A stretch of 56,592 bases of DNA from Clostridiales bacterium UBA1380 (GTDB lineage Bacteria; Bacillota; Clostridia; Oscillospirales; CAG-272), in NCBI GenBank assembly GCA_002305445.1, contig DBRA01000071.1, forward strand, positions 18,162-74,753, given 5' to 3'. Below, piece by piece: positions 1-9,648 of this stretch. The notes beneath the pieces were generated by a model, which ran no database searches, was not told the origin of the DNA, and saw only the letters and a list, made by a program, of their open reading frames with translations. The first letter of the stretch is position 1. Each line of letters begins with the position of its first letter. A program made the translations under genes and the position numbers.

Positions 1-9
1 CGGCGAGGC

Positions 10-38
10 TTGCAAATAACAAGCGGAAATGTTATAAT
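10..38 (+). promoter_or_regulatory. sigma-70-type promoter upstream of the GNAT gene
   Basis: TTGCAA (10-15), 17-nt spacer, TATAAT (33-38). GGAGAAA RBS lies before the ATG at 77. Confidence 0.6.
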
Positions 39-76
39 GCGGAAGGTATATTTATATTACAGGGAGAAACGGATTT

Positions 77-1324
77 ATGATCATTCGAAAGCTCCGGAGC
101 GACGAGAAGTACAAGGCGCGGCTCGCATCTGCCGTCGCGTTTGAATTCGGCATAGACCTCGCGAAGGAAAAGGAAAATTCCGCGCAGGCGAAAGAAACGG
201 ACGCCGCCGAAAACGTCATTTCGGCCGTCTCCCTGCCCTCCGATGCGTACACAACCGACACATGGGGCGCTTTTACCGACGACGATGACACGATCATGGC
301 GTCGATGTTCGCGTATCCGTATACGGTCCGCTTCGACGGCGCCGATGTGCTTATGCGCGGAGTCGGCGGCGTCGCGACGCTGCCGCCGTACCGGCGTCAG
401 GGCGCGATACGCGAGTGTATGCGCGCGTTTTTCGCCGACATGCACAGCCAGGGGTTTCTGTTTTCGTGCCTGTATCCGTTTTCGACGGCGTTTTACCGTC
501 AGTTCGGATACAGCTGCGGCGGAAGGGTAAACACCTGGGAGGTCGGCATAGGCGGACTGCGCAAAAACGAGAACGTCCGCGGGAGCGTAAAGATGATACT
601 GCCGGGCGACGACATGTCCGCACTCGACCACATTTACGCGAAAATGTCGGAGCGCTACAACATGGCCGTGCGCCGGGTCGCCTTCGACCGCTCGCTCGAG
701 GACGCGAACACGCTCGAGCAGCGGCGGTATATTTACGTCTGGTGCGCCGAAAACGGAGAGCCGCGCGGCTTTATGATAACAAAAAAGTCCGGTGACGTCA
801 TGGATGCGGCAAACGACTTCTCCTCGCGCGGCTCCTTCTACTTTTTGGATGCGGCGGCGTTTACCGGCCTCATGAACTTCGCGCTGACATTCGCGTCTAA
901 TTATAAGGCGGTTCGCTTCAGCCTGCCCGAGGATATAAAAGTCGACCGCATGATCGGCGAGGGAACTGAGCTTTCGTGCAGCCAGTCGCACAACGGGATG
1001 GTCCGCGTGATCGACGTCGAAGAGGTGCTGAAGCTGTGCCGCACACGCGGCGAAGGCGTTGTAAAAATCGGCATACGCGACAACATGGCGCCGTGGAACA
1101 CGGGCGTCTGGCGCGTGCGCTTCGGCGGCGGCAAGACCGAAGTCGAGAACGTCGCGGGCGAAGCCGACGTCTACATGGACATAAGCGACTTTTCGGCGCT
1201 TATCACCGGCGCCGCCGACGACGAAGACATGCGCTGGATGCCCGGCGTGCACGTCATAAATCAAAGCGCTCCTTTCGGCGGCTTATTTTATCGCAAGCCG
1301 TACATGCTGTGGGATCTGTTCTGA
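77..1324 (+). CDS. GNAT family N-acetyltransferase, Eis-like (GNAT plus SCP2-like C-terminal domain)
   Basis: 415 aa. Acetyl-CoA motif region GVATLPPYRRQGAIRECMRAFF. Length and layout are typical of Eis-type enzymes. RBS is present. Confidence 0.75.
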   Translation: MIIRKLRSDEKYKARLASAVAFEFGIDLAKEKENSAQAKETDAAENVISAVSLPSDAYTTDTWGAFTDDDDTIMASMFAYPYTVRFDGADVLMRGVGGVATLPPYRRQGAIRECMRAFFADMHSQGFLFSCLYPFSTAFYRQFGYSCGGRVNTWEVGIGGLRKNENVRGSVKMILPGDDMSALDHIYAKMSERYNMAVRRVAFDRSLEDANTLEQRRYIYVWCAENGEPRGFMITKKSGDVMDAANDFSSRGSFYFLDAAAFTGLMNFALTFASNYKAVRFSLPEDIKVDRMIGEGTELSCSQSHNGMVRVIDVEEVLKLCRTRGEGVVKIGIRDNMAPWNTGVWRVRFGGGKTEVENVAGEADVYMDISDFSALITGAADDEDMRWMPGVHVINQSAPFGGLFYRKPYMLWDLF

Positions 1325-1371
1325 TTCCGGGGCAATAATAAAATTACGGTTGTTAGTTTAAAGGCAGATAT

Positions 1372-2628
1372 ATGCGTAAAATACTGATATTGTTTTTACT
1401 GGCGGCGACGCTGTCGCTCTGTTCCTGCTTTATATCGGTGCGGCCGGCAAGCGATACGACGCGCCCTGCAGGACGGAGCGAAGAGACAGCAAATCCCGCA
1501 GTATCGGAGTCCGGGACGGAGAATTCTGCGGAAGCATCGACGACGGAGCCGGTGACGGTTAACGATACGAACGTTGATGCGGCTGATGTTATTGCCGAAA
1601 CCGGCGACGAAGAGCGGATCGAAGAGCTTCTGTCGGCGATGTCTATCGAGGAGAAGGTCGGGCAGATGTTCCTTGTCCGCGCGCCTGACGATAATATCGC
1701 TTCGGTCGTGACCGATTACGCTCCGGGCGGGCTCGTGTTCTTCTCGTCGCACTTCGAGAACCGCACGACCGAGACCGCCGCCGCGATGATATCGGAAGCG
1801 CAGGCCGCGTCGAAGACGCCGATGCTCACGGCGGTCGACGAGGAGGGCGGGACCGTCGTCCGAGTCAGCAAATATCCGGCGTACAGATCGCAGCCGTTTC
1901 TTTCGCCGCGCGAGATATACGCCGCCGCGGGCGGCGGTGATGCCGGTATAACAGCGCTGTACGACGATGCATCCGAGAAGTCGGCGCTGCTTGCGTCGCT
2001 CGGCATCAACGTAAACCTCGCGCCCGTCTGCGACATAACGACGGGTGAGGACGAGTTCATGTACAAGCGCTCGCTCGGCGAAGACGCACAGACGACGTCG
2101 GCCTTTGTGACGACTGTCGTCGAAGCCTCCGCCGAACACGGCGTCGCGTCCGTGCTTAAGCACTTCCCGGGCTACGGCCCCTGCCCCGATACGCACAATA
2201 CCGCAGCCCATGACACAAGGCCGTACGAGGCGTTCTCCGAAAAAGACTTCCTGCCGTTTACCGCCGGAATCGAAGCGGGGGCGCAGGCGGTCATGGTCAG
2301 CCATCTAATCGTCGATGCGTTTGACGCGGATAGACCAGCATCCCTCTCCACCGCCGTTCACGCGGCGCTGCGCGGTGCGCTCGGCTTCACGGGCGTCATT
2401 ATGACAGACGACCTCTCCATGGGCGCCGTCGGCGATTACGCCGGCACCGAAGAAGCCGCCGTCCTCGCCATCGAGGCCGGCAACGATATCATCGCCACAT
2501 CGGACTATGCCGTCCAGATACCGGCGGTGCTCAACGCCGTATCGAGCGGCAGGCTGACCGTCGAGAGGATTAACGAAAGCGTGCGGCGCATACTGCAATG
2601 GAAGATCGACGCGGGTATTCTCAAGTAA
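1372..2628 (+). CDS. Glycoside hydrolase family 3 N-terminal-domain protein (NagZ-like beta-N-acetylhexosaminidase), lipoprotein
   Basis: 418 aa. Lipobox LSLCSC after a hydrophobic N-terminus. GH3 motifs KHFPGYG and IMTDDLSMGA. Confidence 0.8.
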   Translation: MRKILILFLLAATLSLCSCFISVRPASDTTRPAGRSEETANPAVSESGTENSAEASTTEPVTVNDTNVDAADVIAETGDEERIEELLSAMSIEEKVGQMFLVRAPDDNIASVVTDYAPGGLVFFSSHFENRTTETAAAMISEAQAASKTPMLTAVDEEGGTVVRVSKYPAYRSQPFLSPREIYAAAGGGDAGITALYDDASEKSALLASLGINVNLAPVCDITTGEDEFMYKRSLGEDAQTTSAFVTTVVEASAEHGVASVLKHFPGYGPCPDTHNTAAHDTRPYEAFSEKDFLPFTAGIEAGAQAVMVSHLIVDAFDADRPASLSTAVHAALRGALGFTGVIMTDDLSMGAVGDYAGTEEAAVLAIEAGNDIIATSDYAVQIPAVLNAVSSGRLTVERINESVRRILQWKIDAGILK

Positions 2629-2642
2629 TGTGACGATATTAA

Positions 2643-2677
2643 AAGGATCGGGGACAGCCCCGATCCTTGATTTTTTA
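2643..2677. terminator. Bidirectional rho-independent terminator
   Basis: Stem AGGATCGGGG / CCCCGATCCT with a 4-nt loop, flanked by an A-run and a T-run. It lies between convergent genes. Confidence 0.65.
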
Positions 2678-2724
2678 TTTATTATGCACCGGTGTGAATA
2701 ATTTATCGAATTTAGCGCGTATAG

Positions 2725-3309
2725 TTAATTAAAGTCGACCATCGTGCGGCGGCAGTTGCCGCAGACACGCACGTCCGTTCCGTCGTTATAAAGCGTGCCG
2801 CAGGCTATGCAGAGCTTGTTCCTGTGCGACGGGGAATCGACGACGACAGGACGGTCGAAGCCGTGATAGTGGCGCACTCTCTCGCCCGTGACGTAGTATC
2901 CCGAGTAATCCGTACCGTCGCAGTTGACGTCGTATTTATGCTCGCGGCCTTTTTCGTCCTTCATTTTGACATGGAGCATTTTCGTCGTAACGATCTTTTC
3001 CCCGTCCTCGCCGATAATGGGGAACTTTATCGTCTCGAGGTCGCTCGATACGATCTCGCCTTCCCATCCTGTGTCGGTGAACATCTCGTAAACCTTGAAT
3101 CTCCACACGCCGACGGCGGCAATCGCGGCGAAAGCGGCAACGGCGATAAGCTTTTCGCCGATGCTCTTATCGTCGCTTGCAAAGTACCATATGTACGCGG
3201 CTACAAGCACCGCGATCAGTATGAGCAGCTTGACGACGCGCACGCCGTATTTCTTAGCGGCGATTTTGCGCAGGTCGCCGTTCTTGCGGGAAAGCTTTAC
3301 ATCAGCCAT
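2725..3309 (-). CDS. Hypothetical membrane protein with C-terminal zinc-ribbon
   Basis: Two hydrophobic segments (LLILIAVLVAAYIWYF and AVAAFAAIAAVGVW). C-terminal CIACG...CGNC four-Cys motif. Start taken at MADVKLS (GGAG upstream); the ORF-track start at 3327 is the alternative. Confidence 0.55.
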   Translation of the reverse strand: MADVKLSRKNGDLRKIAAKKYGVRVVKLLILIAVLVAAYIWYFASDDKSIGEKLIAVAAFAAIAAVGVWRFKVYEMFTDTGWEGEIVSSDLETIKFPIIGEDGEKIVTTKMLHVKMKDEKGREHKYDVNCDGTDYSGYYVTGERVRHYHGFDRPVVVDSPSHRNKLCIACGTLYNDGTDVRVCGNCRRTMVDFN

Positions 3310-3420
3310 CGGTAATTTACTCCGCACACTTGAAAATACACCGATTTTATGGTATCATAAAAAAGCGCCGTTGTAAAGACCGGCGCGCAACTTTTTATAA
3401 CGGAGAATCTGCGGCGCGTT

Positions 3421-4140
3421 ATGATATACACTATATCTTTGACAGGTGATCTCGGCTCCGGTAAAACAACGGTACGGGATATTTTTGCAAAAAACTACGG
3501 AACCACGACTTTCACAACCGGTGAGCTTGTGCGCGAGGCCGGCAGAAAGCGCGGGATGGACATCAACGAGTTCAGCCTGTTTATGGAGAAGCATCCCGAA
3601 ACGGACCGAGAGATCGACGACGCGCTGGCAGCAATGAACGTCGAGGGGCGTTCGATCATAATCGACTCGCGCATGGCATGGCACTTCGTGCGCGGAACGT
3701 TCAGAGTTTATCTTTCGGTGGATCCGCTCGAATCGGCGCGCAGGATACTCAAAGCGGGCCGCGGAAGCGAACACTTCGAGTCGCTCGAGGAAGCCGCGGC
3801 AAACGTGACGCGGCGTAAGAAGTCGGAGCGCGACCGCTACCTGGCCCTTTACGGTATCGATCGCGACAGGCTGCATAACTATGATCTCGTGCTCGATACG
3901 ACATGCCTTTCGCCCGAGAGGACGGCTGAAATCATAGCGGAGGAGTATAACAAATACGTCTCGGGGCTCCCGCGCGAGCGGTTCTATCTGTGCCCGAAGC
4001 GCATCATCGCCGGCTGCGCCGACGAGGACGGCGATATCGTCGTGAGCCGCGACGGCGACAGCTTCACGCTTGTCAAAGGTGCGCGCAGCTTGAGAGAAAA
4101 AATAGACGAAGAGATCGTCGCCTGCGCTGTAATCGAATAA
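3421..4140 (+). CDS. Cytidylate kinase-like P-loop NTPase family protein
   Basis: 239 aa. N-terminal Walker A GDLGSGKTT. Short kinase-like fold with a C-terminal extension of about 55 aa. Confidence 0.65.
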   Translation: MIYTISLTGDLGSGKTTVRDIFAKNYGTTTFTTGELVREAGRKRGMDINEFSLFMEKHPETDREIDDALAAMNVEGRSIIIDSRMAWHFVRGTFRVYLSVDPLESARRILKAGRGSEHFESLEEAAANVTRRKKSERDRYLALYGIDRDRLHNYDLVLDTTCLSPERTAEIIAEEYNKYVSGLPRERFYLCPKRIIAGCADEDGDIVVSRDGDSFTLVKGARSLREKIDEEIVACAVIE

Positions 4141-4170
4141 TAAAAACCCGTGCGTGAGCACGGGCAATTT

Positions 4171-4731
4171 TTATTCGGGCAGCTTTATATGGCGGCGCAC
4201 AACGCGCGCGATTATGACGGCAAGCGCGAGCTTTGCGGCGTCGGGCAGAACGAACGGGAAGACGCACCAGCCGAGCGCGGTCGACAGCCCTATCTCGCCC
4301 GACGTGCGCGCGTAGACAGCCATAAACCATGCCGTCCCGAACGCATAGCAGACGATAAGACCCGCCGCGAGGGCAGCTGCGCGTACTGCGGTTTTGTCCG
4401 AAAGCTTCTCCGCGAGCGCATAAATCAGCGCGATAAGCAGAAAGCCGACTATGTATCCGCCGGTCGGGCCAGCAAGCCATGTGATGCCGCCGCCGAAATT
4501 CGAGAATACGGGAAGTCCCGCGGCGCCGATTATTATATATGACAGCACCGCAAGCGTTCCGCGCCGCCCGCCGATCATCGAAAGAACGGCGAAAATGCCG
4601 AACGTCTGCAGCGTAAACGGGACCGGCGACGGTATCGTTATCCACGAACACACGACGATAAGCGCCGTCGCCGCCGCTATGTATGTTATATCGATAAGCT
4701 TTTTCTTTGGCGATGATGTTTTCACTGCCAC
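4171..4731 (-). CDS. bioY: Biotin transporter S-component BioY
   Basis: 186 aa polytopic membrane protein. Shows BioY-typical TLQTFGIF...GLPVFSNFGGG...GPTGGYIVGF. GTG start with a GGAGAG RBS. Confidence 0.85.
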   Translation of the reverse strand: MAVKTSSPKKKLIDITYIAAATALIVVCSWITIPSPVPFTLQTFGIFAVLSMIGGRRGTLAVLSYIIIGAAGLPVFSNFGGGITWLAGPTGGYIVGFLLIALIYALAEKLSDKTAVRAAALAAGLIVCYAFGTAWFMAVYARTSGEIGLSTALGWCVFPFVLPDAAKLALAVIIARVVRRHIKLPE

Positions 4732-4841
4732 GTTTATCTCTCCGCTTATACTTAGTTCCTGCCGCCGCGTTTTACATGCCGCCGCGGCGGCGCGCTTTTT
4801 GATACGTCATTTATAGGTTTGGCATTGCGCTTTAATAAAGC

Positions 4842-4870
4842 AAAAAACGCGCCGGTATAAGGCGCGTTTT
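4842..4870 (-). terminator. Rho-independent terminator downstream of tRNA-Glu
   Basis: Stem AAAACGCGCC / GGCGCGTTTT with a 7-nt loop. On the minus strand it is followed by a T-run. Confidence 0.7.
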
Positions 4871-4871
4871 A

Positions 4872-4943
4872 TGACCCGTGGGAGAATCGAACTCCCGTTT
4901 CCGCCGTGAAAGGGCGGTGTCTTAGCCGCTTGACCAACGGGCC
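4872..4943 (-). tRNA. tRNA-Glu (anticodon UUC)
   Basis: Reverse complement reads GGCCCGTTGGTCAAGCGGCTAAGACACCGCCCTTTCACGGCGGAAACGGGAGTTCGATTCTCCCACGGGTCA. It folds as a cloverleaf with anticodon loop CTTTCAC and a GTTCGATTC T-loop. It closely resembles Bacillus tRNA-Glu. No CCA is encoded. Confidence 0.9.
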
Positions 4944-4962
4944 GCTTTCAGACAGCTTCGTA

Positions 4963-4991
4963 ATTATATCATAAGCAGCCGCCCGTGTCAA
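4963..4991 (-). promoter_or_regulatory. sigma-70-type promoter for tRNA-Glu
   Basis: On the minus strand: TTGACA (4986-4991), 17 nt, TATAAT (4963-4968), about 20 nt upstream of the tRNA 5' end. Confidence 0.65.
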
Positions 4992-5051
4992 GCCCTGTTT
5001 TTTATTTTTGATGTTTTCTAAAATGAAAAATTCTTATAAAAATCCGGATAT

Positions 5052-5921
5052 TTATATGGGAAGCGATATCTTTTTTCGCGATAAATACCAACTTCTGCCG
5101 TTATCGGCGCTTCCCTGATAATAAAGATATACCTCGCCGTCGATATCCTCGAAGACGTACGGGTGGCCGGACTCCGACGCGTTCCATTCGCCGGGCGCTC
5201 CGTTGGGCAGAAACGGCATCAGGGAAACGCGTGTAAAATGCACGCCGTCGTCCGATACGGCGCAGCCGATCTGCTGCGGGGCGCAGTTATAGCTGCCGCC
5301 GTAGAACATATAAACGCGTCCGCCGCGCGCAATCGCCGCGGGCGCTTCGATGCACTCGCCCTCCCACGGCAGCTCCGGCTTTAGTATCGCGCCGTCGAAC
5401 GCTTCGGTGAAATCGCCGCGCGTGTACGCCGAACCGAGCGGCGCCGCCGCGCAGCCCACCATCTGTATCTTCATCCGCGGGTCGCGGGTCGCATAATAAA
5501 GGTACAGCTTATCGCCGAACACGCAGACGTCGGCGTCGATTGCGCGTCCGCAGCTCCAGCTTCCGGCTCGAGGCGCGAAAACGGGATTGGCTTCGTCCTT
5601 TATAAAGTCTATGCCGTTGCCCGACACTGCGTGGCATATAGCGTCGCGCGCGCCGTTGCCGTATGTCTGGTAAAACAGATGCACCTTTCCGTTTAACACG
5701 ACGGCTCCGGGCGCTCCGATACCGTTTTTCTCACAGTCCTGCGTAAGCGGCAGTTCGCCGTGTATGCGCCACTCGTCACCGTCGCAGGAAACGGCGATCC
5801 CAAGGCGCAGCGAGCCGTTTTCGGCGAAACGCGAGTAATACATATAATAGCGTCCGTGCAGGTATACGACGGCCGGGTCCTTCGCCTTATGCGTTCCGCA
5901 GGTGTTGTCGGTGAAAATCAT
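5052..5921 (-). CDS. Five-bladed beta-propeller glycoside hydrolase, GH43-like
   Basis: 289 aa. Repeated blade signatures with candidate catalytic residues: KDPAVVYLHGRYYMYY, RAIDADVCVFGDKLYLYY and ECIEAPAAIARGGRVYMFY. GGAGGG RBS. The exact GH family is not resolvable by eye. Confidence 0.6.
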   Translation of the reverse strand: MIFTDNTCGTHKAKDPAVVYLHGRYYMYYSRFAENGSLRLGIAVSCDGDEWRIHGELPLTQDCEKNGIGAPGAVVLNGKVHLFYQTYGNGARDAICHAVSGNGIDFIKDEANPVFAPRAGSWSCGRAIDADVCVFGDKLYLYYATRDPRMKIQMVGCAAAPLGSAYTRGDFTEAFDGAILKPELPWEGECIEAPAAIARGGRVYMFYGGSYNCAPQQIGCAVSDDGVHFTRVSLMPFLPNGAPGEWNASESGHPYVFEDIDGEVYLYYQGSADNGRSWYLSRKKISLPI

Positions 5922-5993
5922 ATCGTCCCTCCGCTGTTGATGCTAATAGACCGGACGAAAGCGCGCTCCCGTCCGGCCTATGTTGCGTTTAAT

Positions 5994-7010
5994 TTACTTT
6001 TTCCATCCGGGGATGACGCCGTCGACGTCCCAGAGGTCGTACCAGTCCTCTGCGCCCTCCCACAGGAAGACGTGTCCCTTGATAAAGCGGCAGTTTTTAT
6101 CGGAGGCGGCGATTGCGGCCATCTCCTCATCAGTCAGCGGGTCCTCGGTGACGGCGCGGAGGTTGGACGCGAGGTTCGCGCGTTTCGTCGAGAATGGTAT
6201 CGGCACCGTGCCGCGCTGCGCGGACCACTTAAGGCACACGACGGCGGGATGCACGTTGTGCGCTTTGGCTATCTCGACTATAACCGGCATCGCGGTGTCG
6301 ACGACGTCGTCGGGCGCCATATCGCGCGCAGGGCGGTTGGGTGAGCCGACCGGGCAGTATCCGACGGGCTGCATGCCGTTTTCAACCGTATATTTATACA
6401 GCTCCGGCTGCTGGAACGACGGGTGCAGCTCCATTTCGTTGAGCACCGGCTTTATCTTCGCGTCGCGAAGTATCAGCTTCAGCTTCGGTATCGTGACGTT
6501 AGAGATGCCGGGGTTGCGGACGAGGCCTTCCTTTACGAGCGTCTCCATCTGCGCCCACGTCTCCATGAACTCCTCATGGATATACGGGTGCGCGTCAGGC
6601 GAGCGGCTGTTGATGTCGCAATGCGGCGCGTGCCAGTTCGGGAACGGCCAGTGGATGAAATACGCGTCAAGGTAATCGAGGCGCAGGTCGTGCAGGCTCT
6701 TTTTGCAGCTTTCGACGACGCGCTTGTGGCTGTCGTTCCAAACCTTGCTCATGACAAAAAGTTCGGAGCGCTCTGCAACGCCGTTTTTAAGGGCGCGCTC
6801 GAGCTCGACGCCGATCAGATCCTCGTTTCCGTATACGGAAGCGCAGTCGAAAAGCCGGTATCCGAGTTCCAGAGCGATGCCGACGCAGGAGGCGACAAGC
6901 TCGGGGTCCGCATGGTCGGATCCGAATGTGCCCATGCCTATTATGGGCATTTTATCGCCGGTTGCGAGCGTTACCTTCGGCACGAGAGCGGGATCAATAA
7001 TGTCGGTCAT
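5994..7010 (-). CDS. Aldo/keto reductase family oxidoreductase
   Basis: AKR motifs GMGTFG, LFDCASVYGNE and LDYLDAYFIHWP. Start placed at MTDIID (AAAGGGAA RBS) rather than the ORF-track ATG at 7028. Confidence 0.8.
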   Translation of the reverse strand: MTDIIDPALVPKVTLATGDKMPIIGMGTFGSDHADPELVASCVGIALELGYRLFDCASVYGNEDLIGVELERALKNGVAERSELFVMSKVWNDSHKRVVESCKKSLHDLRLDYLDAYFIHWPFPNWHAPHCDINSRSPDAHPYIHEEFMETWAQMETLVKEGLVRNPGISNVTIPKLKLILRDAKIKPVLNEMELHPSFQQPELYKYTVENGMQPVGYCPVGSPNRPARDMAPDDVVDTAMPVIVEIAKAHNVHPAVVCLKWSAQRGTVPIPFSTKRANLASNLRAVTEDPLTDEEMAAIAASDKNCRFIKGHVFLWEGAEDWYDLWDVDGVIPGWKK

Positions 7011-7040
7011 GTCAGTATTCCCTTTCATGTTTTTATATTT

Positions 7041-8054
7041 TCAGCACTTGAGCATCAGCTTGCCGCCGACCTTGCCTTCGGCATAAAGCGCGAACGCGCG
7101 GTCGATCTCGTCGAGCGGGAAGAAGCGGTACACGAGCGATTCGTCAGCCTTTAGCGCGCCCGTTCCGAGGTAATGCGCGGTCAGCTCCCATTCCTCTCCC
7201 GGGAACGGCGCGCTGTAGCTCATCCAGCTGCCGGTGAGGCGGAACTCCTTGCGGTTCATGCATTCCCACTGCTTCTGCGTGAAGGTGACGGGCACATGCG
7301 GCGTGCCGATGAAGCACACGGACGCCTTGTTCGCCGCCACCTCGAACGCGTCGATCATCGTTGCCGGCTGGCCGGCGGTTTCATAGACAAAGTCGTACTT
7401 CGTGTCGGGCAGGCCGTTCGTCGTGTTGACGGTATAATCGGCGCCTACGGAGCGCGCGATCGCCAAGCGCTCGTTTGATATATCGAACACCGTGACGGAC
7501 TTCGCGCCGAGTATCTTCAGCCATTGAAGCGTGAACGAGCCGATCGTGCCGCCGCCGAGAACGGCGCAGTCGCGGCCGCCGATAAATCCGGATAAACGCA
7601 CGCCGTGAAGCCCTACCGTCGAAGGCTCGAAGAACGCGCCGGACACGAACGACACCGAATCGTCGAACGGCACGACGTTCGCGCGCGGGACGCACACATA
7701 TTCGGCGAAGCTGCCCGAGACGCGCGAGCCGATGAATGAGTAGTGCTTGCAGAGCGAATAGTTGCCGCGCGCGCAGTCCTCGCATTTCATGCACGGCACG
7801 AGCGGAGCGGCGGTGACGCGCTGGCCGGGAGTCAGATCGTCGACGCCCTCGCCCATACCGGCGACCTCTCCGGAGAATTCATGGCCTAATATTATCGGAT
7901 AGTATTTCGCTTCGTTTCCGAGCACGCGCGGAACGTCCGAGCCGCAGATGCCGGTCGCGCGGACGCGTATGAGAACCTCGCCGGCCTTGGGCTTCGGAGT
8001 CTCCCATTCGACGCAGCGGATATCGCCTTTGGCGAAAAGTACGCCAGCTTTCAT
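7041..8054 (-). CDS. Zinc-dependent alcohol/polyol dehydrogenase (sorbitol or galactitol-1-phosphate dehydrogenase-like MDR)
   Basis: 337 aa. Contains GICGSD, GHEFSGEV, structural-zinc cysteines CMKCEDCARGNYSLC, and the Rossmann motif VLGGGTIG. Confidence 0.8.
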   Translation of the reverse strand: MKAGVLFAKGDIRCVEWETPKPKAGEVLIRVRATGICGSDVPRVLGNEAKYYPIILGHEFSGEVAGMGEGVDDLTPGQRVTAAPLVPCMKCEDCARGNYSLCKHYSFIGSRVSGSFAEYVCVPRANVVPFDDSVSFVSGAFFEPSTVGLHGVRLSGFIGGRDCAVLGGGTIGSFTLQWLKILGAKSVTVFDISNERLAIARSVGADYTVNTTNGLPDTKYDFVYETAGQPATMIDAFEVAANKASVCFIGTPHVPVTFTQKQWECMNRKEFRLTGSWMSYSAPFPGEEWELTAHYLGTGALKADESLVYRFFPLDEIDRAFALYAEGKVGGKLMLKC

Positions 8055-8084
8055 ATATATATACGCCCTCTTTTCAGATATATA

Positions 8085-9572
8085 TCAGTACAGATTTTTT
8101 ACGGACTCGTACAGCGCGAGATATTTCCCGTAGCCGCGGTCATATGCGTCTCGGGCTGACGGGTCGGGGTTCTGCGTGCGGCTGATGCGGACTGTGTCGC
8201 GCACGGCGTCGCCGAAGCTGTTCCATACGCCGACTCCGACGCCGGCGAGCATCGCCGCGCCGAGCGTCGCCGCGCTGCCGGGATTCGGCACCGCGAACGG
8301 AAGCCCCGTCACGTCTGCTTTGATCTGCGTCCATACGCGGCTGTTGGCGCCGCCGCCCGCGGGGTAAAGCACGTCGGGCGACGCTCCGGCTTCGCGCGCG
8401 GTATCGAGATTGTGGCGTAGCGAATACGCGACGCCCTCCATCAGCGCGCGCGCCATTTGCGCGCGGCCTACCGAATACGACAGCCCGAACCAAACGGCTT
8501 TCGCGCGCGCGTCCCAGATAGGCGAGCGCTCGCCCGCCATGTACGGCAGGAATACAACGCCGTCCGAGCCCGGAGCGGCCGTCGCGGCTTCGTCGTCGAT
8601 CTTCGAGAATACGGAACGGTCGCCGTCGTCACCGGCGAAGGACGCGCCGAACTGTTCGGCGAACCACTTCATCGAACCGCCGCCGCCCGTCGTACCGCCC
8701 TGCAGCAGATAGCTGCCTCCGGTCACGTGGACGCCGAGGATAAGCTTTTTATGCGGCGCGCACTTTTCGGTGCATATCGACATGCCGCCAGACGTGCCGG
8801 ACTGCTCCTGCGTCTGGCCGTCGCGGTAAACGCCGACGCCGAGCGTGCCGCATGCGGCGTCGAGGCCGCCGGCGACGACCGGCGTGCCGGCGACAAGGCC
8901 CGTCTCGCGCGCGGCGGCGTGCGTCACGCGGCCGACCACCTCGAAGCTGTCGCGCAGATCCGGATAGAGCGAAAGGTCGCAGCCGATTTCGCGCGCGATG
9001 TCGGCGTCGAAGCGCTTTTTCGCCATGTCGAAGAAGAAGCAGCCGTAGCCCTGCGACACGTCGGACGTGTACTCGCCGGTCAGCTTCATCACGATAAACG
9101 AGTTCGACTGCAATATCTTATATGTACGCTTGTACAGGTCGGGTGCGTTTTCGCGGAACCACAGCTCCTTCGGCGTCGTATACGACGGCTGCGCCGGATT
9201 GCCGCAGACCGAGAAGAGTATGTCTTCGCCGACCGCCTGCTTGATGCGCTCACACTGCGCCGCCGCGCGACGGTCGAACCATATGGGCGTGGGCGCGAGC
9301 GGTTCGCCGTCCGCGCCGCACAGGATGCACGACCACGACTGGCCGTCGACGCCGACGCCCGCGATATTGCCCGCGCCGACTTTTTCGGCCACTGCGCGCA
9401 CCGCGCGGCAGACAGCCGCATACCATTCGCGCGCGTCCTGCTCGGCGTATCCTTCGGCCGGATACGCGACGGAGTACGGCTCAACCGCGGATGCCGCTTC
9501 TGTTCCGTCGCGGGTGAACGCCGCGGCCTTGCACGCCGAAGTGCCGATATCGATGCCGAGTAAATACATCAT
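8085..9572 (-). CDS. FGGY-family carbohydrate kinase (xylulokinase-like)
   Basis: 495 aa. N-terminal LGIDIGTSACKA and C-terminal GGGANSRVWTQIKADV motifs. GGGAG RBS. Confidence 0.85.
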   Translation of the reverse strand: MMYLLGIDIGTSACKAAAFTRDGTEAASAVEPYSVAYPAEGYAEQDAREWYAAVCRAVRAVAEKVGAGNIAGVGVDGQSWSCILCGADGEPLAPTPIWFDRRAAAQCERIKQAVGEDILFSVCGNPAQPSYTTPKELWFRENAPDLYKRTYKILQSNSFIVMKLTGEYTSDVSQGYGCFFFDMAKKRFDADIAREIGCDLSLYPDLRDSFEVVGRVTHAAARETGLVAGTPVVAGGLDAACGTLGVGVYRDGQTQEQSGTSGGMSICTEKCAPHKKLILGVHVTGGSYLLQGGTTGGGGSMKWFAEQFGASFAGDDGDRSVFSKIDDEAATAAPGSDGVVFLPYMAGERSPIWDARAKAVWFGLSYSVGRAQMARALMEGVAYSLRHNLDTAREAGASPDVLYPAGGGANSRVWTQIKADVTGLPFAVPNPGSAATLGAAMLAGVGVGVWNSFGDAVRDTVRISRTQNPDPSARDAYDRGYGKYLALYESVKNLY

Positions 9573-9648
9573 GTCGCATCTCCCGATTCATCCGTCCGAG
9601 ACGTGCCGGATATCATTGGTAAACTCCACATTGCCGGTTATATTGCCG

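Noticed and set aside
32-1264. 410-aa ORF on the minus strand, antisense to the GNAT gene. Similar long antisense ORFs include 1396-2304 (-), 8457-9563 (+), 9067-10518 (+), 12057-12851 (-), 23112-24188 (+), 29004-30500 (+), 34012-34788 (-) and 45810-46847 (-).
   Set aside because: They are Arg/Ala/Gly-rich and low in complexity, with no RBS or recognisable motifs. Each lies opposite a gene with clear family signatures. This is typical shadow-ORF behaviour in high-GC DNA.
4842-5051. Solitary tRNA-Glu considered as an integration site for a genomic island
   Set aside because: There is no integrase, no direct repeat of the tRNA 3' end and no compositional break on either side. The tRNA has its own promoter and terminator, and its neighbours are ordinary metabolic genes.
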